Shown piece by piece: positions 8,888-17,591 of a stretch of DNA of 64,000 nt; within the stretch, counting starts at the first letter, position 1; each line of letters begins with the position of its first letter. The position numbers and the translations under genes were made by a program. This DNA is from Nostoc sp. (lineage in GTDB: Bacteria; Cyanobacteriota; Cyanobacteriia; Cyanobacteriales; Nostocaceae). The notes under the pieces are model-generated. The model was not told the origin of the DNA and did not search any database. It saw nothing but the letters and a program-made list of their open reading frames with translations. The stretch is from assembly GCA_036918135.1 (NCBI GenBank), contig JBALDB010000067.1:96001-160000 (forward strand), in the 5' to 3' direction.

Positions 8888-10306
8888 TCAGGGACGACTC
8901 TTGAGTTTTTGTGCTTTTTTGTATAACTGCTGGAAGTAATCTGTCTCGGTTTCACGAGCCTCTACTGTTCGAGCTTTAAGCTTTCGTGCCTTTTTGTGCA
9001 ACTGCTGAAAGTAATCTGTTTCTGTAATTTCAGCTACTTGACTAGCTCTTTTAGCTTCGTCAATCTCAATATGTAGTTCCTTCACTTGCTGTTTGAGTTT
9101 ATGTTCTCGCGCTTTTACCTGTTGAGACATTTCTAAAAAAACGCGTACTAATTGACCGATATCGTCAGTTGCACTTCCCGCCTCAATTAATTTTTGAGTA
9201 TCGAAATCTTCCTCTTCTACCAGTGCTTTCGCTGCCTTTGTGAGGACACGAATCGGTTTGGCAATACTCTGCGCTAGGAACAGCGCTATTATAGCGGCGA
9301 TCGCTCCCACTGCTAGTAAGCTCAAGCTATTTTGCCAGATCAGGCGATTCAGGGGAGCAGTAAACTGGGCAATTGGTTTGTTAACTCCCAAAACCCAAGG
9401 TTCTTCATCCAAGGGAGCAAAGCCGATCGCTTGGCGCATCTGCTCTGATGGTGAATAATAGCTAGTATGACCGGGTTGTTTAGCTCTCACCATCACCTTA
9501 GCTAACTCTGGAATTTCTAGGCTTTTAATTTGATTGAGGCCATATTGGCGATCGCTCTGAATCTGCTTGAGTTTCTCTGGTGGCAAGCGGGCTAGGCTAT
9601 GGTAAAGCAGGGATTTATCAGGGTGGCTGATGATAACTCCATGCCCGTCAATCAGAAAGGCATCGCTAAGAGAGCCTGCTTGTAGCGCATTCACAATCGC
9701 CCAGATATCCTGTCCTTTAATCTTTAAGACTGCCACCCCGACAATTGTGCCGCCAAGAGACCGCACAGGGTTAGAAAAGTAAATGCCTGGCCGGCCGCTT
9801 GTTGTACCAATCAAAATGCTAGAAACGTAAGGTCGTCCCTGAAGTGATTGTTGAAAGTATTCCCAAAAAGCGTAGTTTTGACCGATGAATGTTGGATCGG
9901 TAGCTGCCTCGCAGCGACCCGCTCTATCCATGATATAGACTACATCATAGTCAGGGTTAGAGCGAAAAACGTTATCTAGCGATCGCTGCATTGAGGAGTG
10001 GAAAGCTGTTTGCTTCTGGGACGTGGTAGAAGTCAAGAAACCCACCACATCTTTATCAGTACTAATTTGGACAGCAACGCGTTGGATATCAACGATTAGT
10101 TGGTCAAGACGACTAGCGTTACTGGTCGCTAAAAGTTCTAGTTTGCGATATTCGCTGTCCTCTGCACTCTTGAGACTCTGTTGCAAGTTGTGATAAGTGA
10201 TGAAGCTCATCGGTATGAGCGCAACACAAAGCAATGCTACCGAAAGTTTAGTTCTGATAGACCAGATAGGTAGGTAAAAAAGCCGATGCAAATGCTTCGT
10301 TTTCAT
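8888..10306 (-). CDS. Membrane dCache-HAMP sensor protein without a catalytic output domain
   Basis: TM1 (LSVALLCVALIPMSFI), Cache motifs (YAFWEYFQQ, GIYFSNPV, AFLIDGHGVIISHP), TM2, HAMP (SIAKPIRVLTKAA..DDIGQLVRVF), then a short coiled tail. Start set at ATG 10306 because the longer ORF overlaps the response regulator. Confidence 0.85.
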   Translation of the reverse strand: MKTKHLHRLFYLPIWSIRTKLSVALLCVALIPMSFITYHNLQQSLKSAEDSEYRKLELLATSNASRLDQLIVDIQRVAVQISTDKDVVGFLTSTTSQKQTAFHSSMQRSLDNVFRSNPDYDVVYIMDRAGRCEAATDPTFIGQNYAFWEYFQQSLQGRPYVSSILIGTTSGRPGIYFSNPVRSLGGTIVGVAVLKIKGQDIWAIVNALQAGSLSDAFLIDGHGVIISHPDKSLLYHSLARLPPEKLKQIQSDRQYGLNQIKSLEIPELAKVMVRAKQPGHTSYYSPSEQMRQAIGFAPLDEEPWVLGVNKPIAQFTAPLNRLIWQNSLSLLAVGAIAAIIALFLAQSIAKPIRVLTKAAKALVEEEDFDTQKLIEAGSATDDIGQLVRVFLEMSQQVKAREHKLKQQVKELHIEIDEAKRASQVAEITETDYFQQLHKKARKLKARTVEARETETDYFQQLYKKAQKLKSRP

Positions 10307-10416
10307 CTCTGCTTTGTTGCTGAAGTATCTGTTCAGACATAGCAATATTTCTAATAGTGTAGAAAACACTAAATTCGGACACAATGTACAATCTTTTGCT
10401 GAGACTAACAATTCTT

Positions 10417-11214
10417 TCAGTTGTGTTGCATACGTTGGGCGTTGCGCCAAGCTTGAGGTGTAGTTCCATGATATTGACGAAACTGACGGAAGAAATGAAC
10501 TGCGTTTTGATAACCTACAGTCTGGGCGATCGCATCTACTGGCTGGTTTGTCTTCTGAAGTAAAGAGCATACTTCTGCCATCCGGCGATCGACAATCCAA
10601 CGGTTGACTGTGCGTCCTGTCAAGCGTTTCACCTGGCTGGTGAGATAAGCCGGAGAGTAACCAACTGCAACAGCCACCTCACATAAGCCAATAGGCTCGT
10701 GAAAATTAATTTCTATAAAGTCGAAGACTTTACTTAGTTGAGAACAGTCAGGAAAGATTGAATGTGAATCTGGCGATTTCTCAGTAATAGCTGTGGATGG
10801 TGTCCTCAAGTACTCGGACTGTGTAGCATACCACTGTTGGAGAATTTCCTGTTTTTGGAGTCGAGCAGTAATCGCCTTTAGTACTTCTTCTACCGTAAAG
10901 GGCTTGGTTAAATAGTCATCAGCTCCCAAATTCATACCTTGACGAACCTCAGCCTGAGTAGCCTGAGCGGTAAGAAATATGAAGGGAATAATAGCTGTAG
11001 CAAGGTTTTGACGTAACGTTCTTAAGACACCATAACCATCAAGTTTCGGGATGAGAATGTCGCAAATTACTAAATCTGGCAAACATTCTTGTGCCTTCTG
11101 AACGCCAACAACGCCGTTCTCCGCAGCGATCGCTTCAAACCCTTCTGCTTCTAAACTGTCTATAAAGATATCTCGACTTTCGGCCTCATCTTTAATCACT
11201 AGAATCTTAGCCAT
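10417..11214 (-). CDS. Response regulator, REC + AraC-type HTH
   Basis: REC (DLVICDILIP, FLTA, YLTKP) and AraC HTH (VAVAVGYSPAYL, IAQTVGYQNAVHFFRQFRQYHGTTPQAWR). Confidence 0.92.
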   Translation of the reverse strand: MAKILVIKDEAESRDIFIDSLEAEGFEAIAAENGVVGVQKAQECLPDLVICDILIPKLDGYGVLRTLRQNLATAIIPFIFLTAQATQAEVRQGMNLGADDYLTKPFTVEEVLKAITARLQKQEILQQWYATQSEYLRTPSTAITEKSPDSHSIFPDCSQLSKVFDFIEINFHEPIGLCEVAVAVGYSPAYLTSQVKRLTGRTVNRWIVDRRMAEVCSLLQKTNQPVDAIAQTVGYQNAVHFFRQFRQYHGTTPQAWRNAQRMQHN

Positions 11215-11306
11215 TGTCTCTCCTTAATGTTTAGTAATTATTTCAGGTAGTTGATGAATTATGAATTTTGATAGTCATTCTATTTAGACTGTTGTAGAGA
11301 TTGTCA

Positions 11307-11700
11307 TCACATCGGCAGGGTAATTGTAAAGGTACTACCCACCCCAACTTCACTGACAACTGTGATTTGACCACAATGTATATCTACAAGCTTTTTGACA
11401 AGTGCTAACCCTAATCCATTACCTGGGATATTGCCGACATTTGCACCGCGATAAAATGGCTTAAACAGTTGTTGTCGATCTGCTACTGAAGTATTATTTC
11501 CTCGATCCTTAATCTAGAAAATAATATCTCACTAAACTGCTAGCTGCATCATTGGCGTAGAGAAACCGCGCATCTGGCTTTACCCAGAAAACTGTACCTA
11601 TCACATCAACTATTACGGACTTAATAAGCTACAACTCCTTTTCTAGCAGCAGGCTGATTTGAAAGTTGTTTTGCTCTGAAATACGATTGCTAATAACCAT
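11307..11700 (-). pseudogene. Internally deleted PAS sensor histidine kinase remnant
   Basis: Hand translation from ATG 11700: MVISNRISEQNNFQISLLLEKEL*LIKSVIVDVIGTVFWVKPDARFLYANDAASSLV (PAS start), joined out of frame to IIF*IKDRG..LFKPFYRGANVGNIPGNGLGLALVKKLVDIHCGQITVVSEVGVGSTFTITLPM* (HATPase_c end). Confidence 0.88.
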
Positions 11701-12072
11701 AGTTCAAATCACTACAATTACTAAATAAACTTTTAAAAATTACTCATGAACACTAAACTATGCGTTACATCTGGTTTTATACGACTTTTGCCAAATCCAA
11801 ATAGAATTATTGTTTCCTATAAAGTGTATGAAAGAATTTCAATCTTTGAAATCAGGCTTTGTTCTCTCGAATTCATACTCATAAGCTATGTAATGTCGAT
11901 ACAATTCCTACTTATTTCTCTTGCTACTGCAACTTTTTTTATGCGATTATCAGATTTTTGTTAAAAAAGTTTACAAATCAAGGTAAAGGTCAGAATAATA
12001 GACCTCTTCCACCAATAGTGTAAGAGGTCTAAGAAACTATTTATAAAGTATAGCAGGAGGCACACTTCGGCT

Positions 12073-12095
12073 TCTCTACAAGACGCTACGCAAAC
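12073..12095 (+). repeat. Small dispersed repeat (SDR-like), second copy at 63024-63046
   Basis: TCTCTACAAGACGCTACGCAAAC versus TCTCTGCGAGACGCTACGCGAAC, 20/23 identical. Confidence 0.7.
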
Positions 12096-12195
12096 ACTCA
12101 GCGACCAGAAGGCAGGAGGTAAAACTATTACTGTTCCTAGCATTCACGCTTGTCATTATGTCCTAAAGGGTGTGACTATGGCTATAAATCTTAAG

Positions 12196-12407
12196 GTAGT
12201 AGCGTGGCAAGGCAAAAATAGTGCGTTACGTGTAGGTTGAGTTGAGCAACCTTAAACCCAACGTGAATCAGGGTGTTGGGTTTCCCTACATCAACCCAAC
12301 CTACTAGCGCGGCAACCTTAAAATATTGGGTTCAAAAAACCTCAAAAATCGTGAATTCGGCGATTCTATTTATCCAACCAAGCAAACTAAGCTTGCCGCG
12401 CTACTAC
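12196..12407. mobile_element. MITE-like element with a nested REP-like palindrome
   Basis: Terminal inverted repeats GTAGTAGCGTGGCAAG (12196-12211) / CTTGCCGCGCTACTAC (12392-12407), 1 mismatch. Internal GTAGGTTG..AAACCCAAC / GTTGGGTTT..CAACCTAC palindrome at 12232-12304. Confidence 0.6.
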
Positions 12408-12495
12408 GGTAATTATATTTTTACTTTAATAAATAACCTCTAATGTAAACATTTATAACGAAAATAATTGTTTCGCATAAAATTTCGGGCTGGAG

Positions 12496-13191
12496 ATGCG
12501 AGAGAAAAATAGAGATTCATTTTCGCTTTTGGAGTCTCAGATGCATCATCCCGAACAAGATGAACTAGATTCGCATTTACTACAACTGGCTATTTCGGCT
12601 CAACAATATCCAGCGAGATCGCCACAACGACAACTTGCTTTAACAAAGCTAATTAATGCCATTGTGCGGTCTTCTAGGCTTTGTCATCCCCAAAAAAGTC
12701 GATTTACAGCAGCTATCTATGAAAATATTTACGATGAAGCATGTCAGGAACTCTTACTTTATATTTGTGAAAAAATTGATAAGTACGATCCAGAACGCGG
12801 TAGCTTCATGGCATGGGTGAACGTTCTTTTAGAACGGCGATTTTTTAAAGATGCTATTAATAAGTTCCAGACTTTGCCAGGGATGAAAATACAAACCATT
12901 ACTGACTTAGATAATCTTATTGCCTCACCGGAAAAACCAGAAAATATTACAGATATTCTGAAAGAATGTATCGAATCAGATCCAGAAGATATGTTTAAAA
13001 ACGAACATATAGAAAAATTTCCTCAAGCCAACTTTCAAGCATTGGCGATGCGACGAATGTTAGGAAAATCCTGGAAGGAGATTTCTGCTGAATTTAAAAT
13101 CAAAATTCCCACAATCAGCAGCTTTTATTACCGATGTATAAATAAATTTTCTTCAAAATTGAAAGAGTATTGTGTTAGTGATGTAAATTAA
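12496..13191 (+). CDS. Sigma70/ECF-like RNA polymerase sigma factor (HetZ-related type)
   Basis: Region-2-like YDEACQELLLYICEKIDKYDPERGSFMAWV; region-4 HTH GKSWKEISAEFKIKIPTISSFYYR. The true start may be ATG 12541. Confidence 0.8.
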   Translation: MREKNRDSFSLLESQMHHPEQDELDSHLLQLAISAQQYPARSPQRQLALTKLINAIVRSSRLCHPQKSRFTAAIYENIYDEACQELLLYICEKIDKYDPERGSFMAWVNVLLERRFFKDAINKFQTLPGMKIQTITDLDNLIASPEKPENITDILKECIESDPEDMFKNEHIEKFPQANFQALAMRRMLGKSWKEISAEFKIKIPTISSFYYRCINKFSSKLKEYCVSDVN

Positions 13192-13206
13192 GTAAGAGAT
13201 TAATAA

Positions 13207-14166
13207 ATGATGAGTAATCTTTCAGAATCTTTAACCTTTACCCTACCCATAAGCTTGTCAGATCGCGCACTAGCAGAACAGTTTTGCTCTTTGCATAGCA
13301 ATCCACGAAAAGCCAAGCAGGTTTATCTTAATACTTTGGCGATATCTGCGGTAAAATTATACCTGCATTGTATGGGGGTTGAAACCAATTGGTCAGCGAG
13401 TTTGAGTTGGAATCCAGCAACGCAAATAGTAATGGATGTGGCTGATTTACAAGTAATCGGTAAAGGTAAAATCGAATGTCTTGCGGTATTACCAGGCGAA
13501 AAGGTGATTCATATTCCGCCAGAAGTTTGCTCAGACAGAATTGGCTATGTAGCTGTACAGCTTGATGAACGCTTGCGAGAAGCAACTCTGTTAGGATTTT
13601 TTAAAATAGTGAACGAATGTAGTTCTATAGCTATAAATAAGTTGCGATCGCTCGAAGAATTAATTTTACAACTGAGTGAAACGCCTGAAAACATAAAACA
13701 ACCAATTCACTTGAGTAAGTGGTTAATAAATGTTTTTGATGATGGTTGGCAAACGGTTGAGTCGCTTTTGAACGTGCAACAAGCCAAACTAGCTTTTAGA
13801 TTTAGAGGCTCTGAACAAACATTAGCTCCAAATTCTGAAAATTCAATTATTATTGAGCAGAAACGAAAACTGTTATATTTGGGGCGAGAATCAGAAAGTA
13901 AACCAATAGCTTTAATAGTTGGACTGATACCTGTTTCTGAACAAGAAATAAATATCTGTGTGAAAGTGTGTCGAGATAATAACCAAAAGTATCTGCCAGA
14001 AGAACTTGAAGTCATGGTGTTGGATGATTTAGGTACTCCTGTAATGCAAGCTACTGCTAGAAGCACCAAGAGTATTCAACTAAACTTCAGTAGCGAATTA
14101 GGAGAGCGTTTTAGTATTAAAATCGCTTTGGGTGATATCAACTTTATAGAAGCTTTTAAAGTCTAA
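13207..14166 (+). CDS. DUF1822 family protein (PatU3-like, putative anti-sigma/protease substrate)
   Basis: KAKQVYLNTLA..AV, VADL, IPPEVCSDRIGYVAVQL, ATLLGF, LSKWL..F..GWQTVE, GERFSIKI; typical position after the sigma-like gene. Confidence 0.85.
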   Translation: MMSNLSESLTFTLPISLSDRALAEQFCSLHSNPRKAKQVYLNTLAISAVKLYLHCMGVETNWSASLSWNPATQIVMDVADLQVIGKGKIECLAVLPGEKVIHIPPEVCSDRIGYVAVQLDERLREATLLGFFKIVNECSSIAINKLRSLEELILQLSETPENIKQPIHLSKWLINVFDDGWQTVESLLNVQQAKLAFRFRGSEQTLAPNSENSIIIEQKRKLLYLGRESESKPIALIVGLIPVSEQEINICVKVCRDNNQKYLPEELEVMVLDDLGTPVMQATARSTKSIQLNFSSELGERFSIKIALGDINFIEAFKV

Positions 14167-14286
14167 AAATCAGTACAAATAAATATTACTACCTAAGATA
14201 GATTATTGTGACAAGCATTGTAAAAAAGTTTCAGTATCTGGTAGTGTTATTCTGATTATCCAAAATCCCTAACTTTAAATAGGTAT

Positions 14287-16650
14287 ATGACAAAGTTAGT
14301 TGTTCTGAAACTAGATAGTAATTTGTCAGAACACGGATATCGCGTGTTACTGGAAATTGGAGCAGAAAATGCTCGTCCCAAAATAGAAGTTTCTGGTAAC
14401 TTACCTGCATTTCCTGACTTAACTACTTACTTAAACGAGTGGCAAGATAAATATCGCAGTCTGGGCATAGCTAGTCGGATAAAACCCCAAGAAATTATTT
14501 ATGATGGCTCTATTAAAAGTCGAATTGAAAAATGTCGTCAGTCAGCTAAAGTATTAAGCGATCGCCTACAAAAATGGTTGGACTCTCAGGAATTTCGCTG
14601 CATCAATAATACATTACGCGAAGAATTAAATCGAGATGAAATAATTCGGGTCTTAATTCGCACCGACGACCCGCAACTACAAAGGCTTCCTTGGCATTTA
14701 TGGGATTTTTTTAACAGATACTCCCAAGCAGAATTTGCTTTGACTGTAACAGCTTCTGAAATACCCAATACAGTACCTCGTAAACCGAAAGTTAGAATTT
14801 TAGCGATTCTAGGAAATACTATTGGAATTGATATTCAAAAAGACCGCCAATTATTAGAAAAATTACCAGATGCCGAAATAGTTTTTTTAGTGGAACCACA
14901 ACGCAACGAGCTAAATAACTATCTGTGGCAGCAATGGGATATTTTATTTTTCGCTGGGCATAGTGAAACTGCCGCTGACAAAGGTCATATTTATATTAAT
15001 CAAACTGATAAATTAGCAATTGACGAGTTAAAGAACGGTTTAAAAAATGCGATCGCTCAAGGTTTGCAGTTGGCAATTTTTAACTCATGTGATGGTTTTG
15101 GATTAGCATCACAACTTATTTGTTTACACATTCCGCAGATAATTGTTATGCGGGAACCTGTGCCTGATGAAGTCGCACAACAATTTTTAAAGAATTTTCT
15201 CATCGCTTTTTCGAGTGGTAAATCTCTTTATTTGGCGTTGCGAGAAGCAAGGGAAAAGTTGCAAGGTTTAGAGGATAGATTTCCGAATGCAACTTGGTTG
15301 CCAGTAATTTTTCAGAACCCTGGGGTTTTACCACCGACTTGGAAAATGTTATCCTCTCCAAACATAAAGTTGAAACGTATTTTTATTACCATACTTCTGG
15401 TGAGTGTACTTGTGACAGCAAGTGTAATGGGAGTGCGTTATTTGGGGATGTTGCAACAAAGTGAATTGCAAGCTTATGACCATTTAATGCAAATGCGATC
15501 GCTTGGGGAAAGGTCAGATCCGCGCCTATTAATAGTTACTATTGGTGAGGCTGATATTTATTATCAAAATCAGCAAGGGATGAAAGGCAGAGGATCGCTT
15601 TCGGATCGCGCACTTGCTCAACTCTTGCAAAAATTAGAGCAGTATCAACCAACAACAATTGGTATAGATATTTATCGTGATTTTCCTGTAGACTCCAATT
15701 ATCAAAATTTAGCAACTCAGCTACAACAAGATAATCGCATTTTTATAGTTTGCAAAGTTTCTGCTGATTTGGATGGCGAACCTGATGGCATTCATCCCCC
15801 CGATGAAGTTCCACAAGAACGTCGGAGTTTTAGCGATTTTGTTGCAGACGACGATGAAATTATCCGCCGTCAATTGTTGAATTTAACTCCTCCTTTAGAA
15901 TCTCCATGCGCTGCAGAAGATGCTTTTAGCCTTCAGCTTGCACGTCACTATTTGCAAGCTAAAGGTATTCAAGCAGAGATTAATTCTCAAGGATATTTGC
16001 AAATAGGCAATGTTGTATTTCAATCATTAAAAGAACACTCCAGCGGTTACCAAAGAATTGATGCATCTGGTTATCAAGTTTTGCTAAATTATCGTTCTTT
16101 GCGTCCTAACGAAAAAATTGCCGAGACAGTATCTCTCAAAGATGTTTTGAACGACCAGATTAAGCCTGAGTTAGTCGAGTCATTAAAAAATCGAATAGTG
16201 ATGATTGGTGTTACTGCACCAAGTAGTAAAGCTGATTATTGGAAAATCCCCGCTCAAAAAAAGAAAACACAAGGACTACTCGTGCAGGCGCACATGGTAA
16301 GCCATATTCTTAGTGCCGTTGAGGATCGTAGAGCTTTGTTTTGGTGGTGGCCTTGGTGGGTTGAGGCTTTTTGGGTCTGGGGATGGTCATTGATTGGAGA
16401 AATTTTAGCATGGCGTTGCTCAAAACCGTTGCATCTTGGGTTGGCGATTGCAACCGCGCTATTAACACTATTTGGCATCTGCTTTGGCATCTTTATACAA
16501 GCAGGGTGGATACCACTTGTACCGCCTGCACTGGCATTGCTGTTGACGGCTACGGTTGTTGTGTGGAGGTTACGCAGAGATAATTCAGCTTCCCAGGCTG
16601 ACCGTCCCTCTTTCAGAAATAAGAGCAAATATTTTAATACTGAATTATGA
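14287..16650 (+). CDS. CHAT (caspase-like) protease fused to a CHASE2 membrane sensor
   Basis: LPWHLW, catalytic His (FFAGHS) and Cys (IFNSCDG); TM; CHASE2 (DPRLLIVTI, SLSDRALAQLL, GIDIYRD); three C-terminal TM segments. Confidence 0.9.
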   Translation: MTKLVVLKLDSNLSEHGYRVLLEIGAENARPKIEVSGNLPAFPDLTTYLNEWQDKYRSLGIASRIKPQEIIYDGSIKSRIEKCRQSAKVLSDRLQKWLDSQEFRCINNTLREELNRDEIIRVLIRTDDPQLQRLPWHLWDFFNRYSQAEFALTVTASEIPNTVPRKPKVRILAILGNTIGIDIQKDRQLLEKLPDAEIVFLVEPQRNELNNYLWQQWDILFFAGHSETAADKGHIYINQTDKLAIDELKNGLKNAIAQGLQLAIFNSCDGFGLASQLICLHIPQIIVMREPVPDEVAQQFLKNFLIAFSSGKSLYLALREAREKLQGLEDRFPNATWLPVIFQNPGVLPPTWKMLSSPNIKLKRIFITILLVSVLVTASVMGVRYLGMLQQSELQAYDHLMQMRSLGERSDPRLLIVTIGEADIYYQNQQGMKGRGSLSDRALAQLLQKLEQYQPTTIGIDIYRDFPVDSNYQNLATQLQQDNRIFIVCKVSADLDGEPDGIHPPDEVPQERRSFSDFVADDDEIIRRQLLNLTPPLESPCAAEDAFSLQLARHYLQAKGIQAEINSQGYLQIGNVVFQSLKEHSSGYQRIDASGYQVLLNYRSLRPNEKIAETVSLKDVLNDQIKPELVESLKNRIVMIGVTAPSSKADYWKIPAQKKKTQGLLVQAHMVSHILSAVEDRRALFWWWPWWVEAFWVWGWSLIGEILAWRCSKPLHLGLAIATALLTLFGICFGIFIQAGWIPLVPPALALLLTATVVVWRLRRDNSASQADRPSFRNKSKYFNTEL

Positions 16651-17528
16651 CAAAAAGTAATCTACCTCAAAACTATATGAAACTATTAATTTATCAACTA
16701 AAAATTGATAGGTTTGTAGTCAATGCTTTGGGGCATAAGCGCTTACTACAAACTTGCATTATGCCTTTGCTAATGCTTAGTATTGCCAGTTATCCTGCAC
16801 AAGTAAATTCACAAGTTAACCCACCTGTCAAGAAGGTTCTATCTAATACCCAAAACCGCTTAACTCAATTGAAATTTCCACGTAACGGCGCACCTATTGG
16901 TCGCCGCCAAGGAGGCGCAAGGCGTACTGGGACTGATTGCCCGGATCTGGAAACGCCTATTACTGCCTTAGTGCCTGGTGAAGAAACTGCGGATGAATCG
17001 AAATCTTTCTTGGCATTAACGGTCTCTGAGTTTCCGACCTTTTGGGTTTATCTGCCACAGTTACCGACAAACTTACGCACTGGAGAGTTTGTATTTCAGG
17101 ATGAAAAGGGCAAAGACATCTATCGAACGCCTTTGACGCTGCCTGAAAAGTCTGGTGCGATTGGCATTAATTTACCGCCAAGTCCGCAATATGCTTTGAA
17201 GCAAGACAACAGATATCAATGGTACTTCAAAGTTTATTGTGGCAATCGCCAAACTACATCTGAGTATTTTTACGTTAAAGCATGGGTGCAACGGGTGGCG
17301 TTAACAAGCGACCTTGAAAATCAGTTAAAGACGACAAAACCAAAAGAATATACTGCCTATGCTGTGAATTATATTTGGCAGGATGCCTTAACTAATTTAG
17401 CTGATATGCACCGCAATAATCCAGGCGATCGCACCTTAAGCGATGATTGGACTAATTTATTAACAGCTGTTGGTTTGTCAGAATTCGCCTCTGCGCCCGT
17501 TATTGGGCGTTATGGTTCGCAAAGATAA
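16647..17528 (+). CDS. DUF928 domain protein (probably exported)
   Basis: GAPIGRRQGGARR, ITALVP, PTFWVYLP, YQWYFKVYC, IWQDAL, WTNLLTAVGL; ATGA overlap with the CHAT-CHASE2 stop. Confidence 0.85.
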   Translation: MTKSNLPQNYMKLLIYQLKIDRFVVNALGHKRLLQTCIMPLLMLSIASYPAQVNSQVNPPVKKVLSNTQNRLTQLKFPRNGAPIGRRQGGARRTGTDCPDLETPITALVPGEETADESKSFLALTVSEFPTFWVYLPQLPTNLRTGEFVFQDEKGKDIYRTPLTLPEKSGAIGINLPPSPQYALKQDNRYQWYFKVYCGNRQTTSEYFYVKAWVQRVALTSDLENQLKTTKPKEYTAYAVNYIWQDALTNLADMHRNNPGDRTLSDDWTNLLTAVGLSEFASAPVIGRYGSQR

Positions 17529-17591
17529 TACCAATTTAGTTGCAGTAGTGATAAATAATGGCTGACAATTACTACTTTTTAGAGGTGTAGT

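Noticed and set aside
10307..10600. N-terminal 98-aa extension of the Cache-HAMP ORF
   Set aside because: Overlaps the response-regulator gene in another frame and has no domain character; ATG 10306 fits better.
11746..12143. Short ORFs 11746-11964 (+) and 11961-12143 (-)
   Set aside because: No motifs; AT-rich promoter region, partly overlapping repeat elements.
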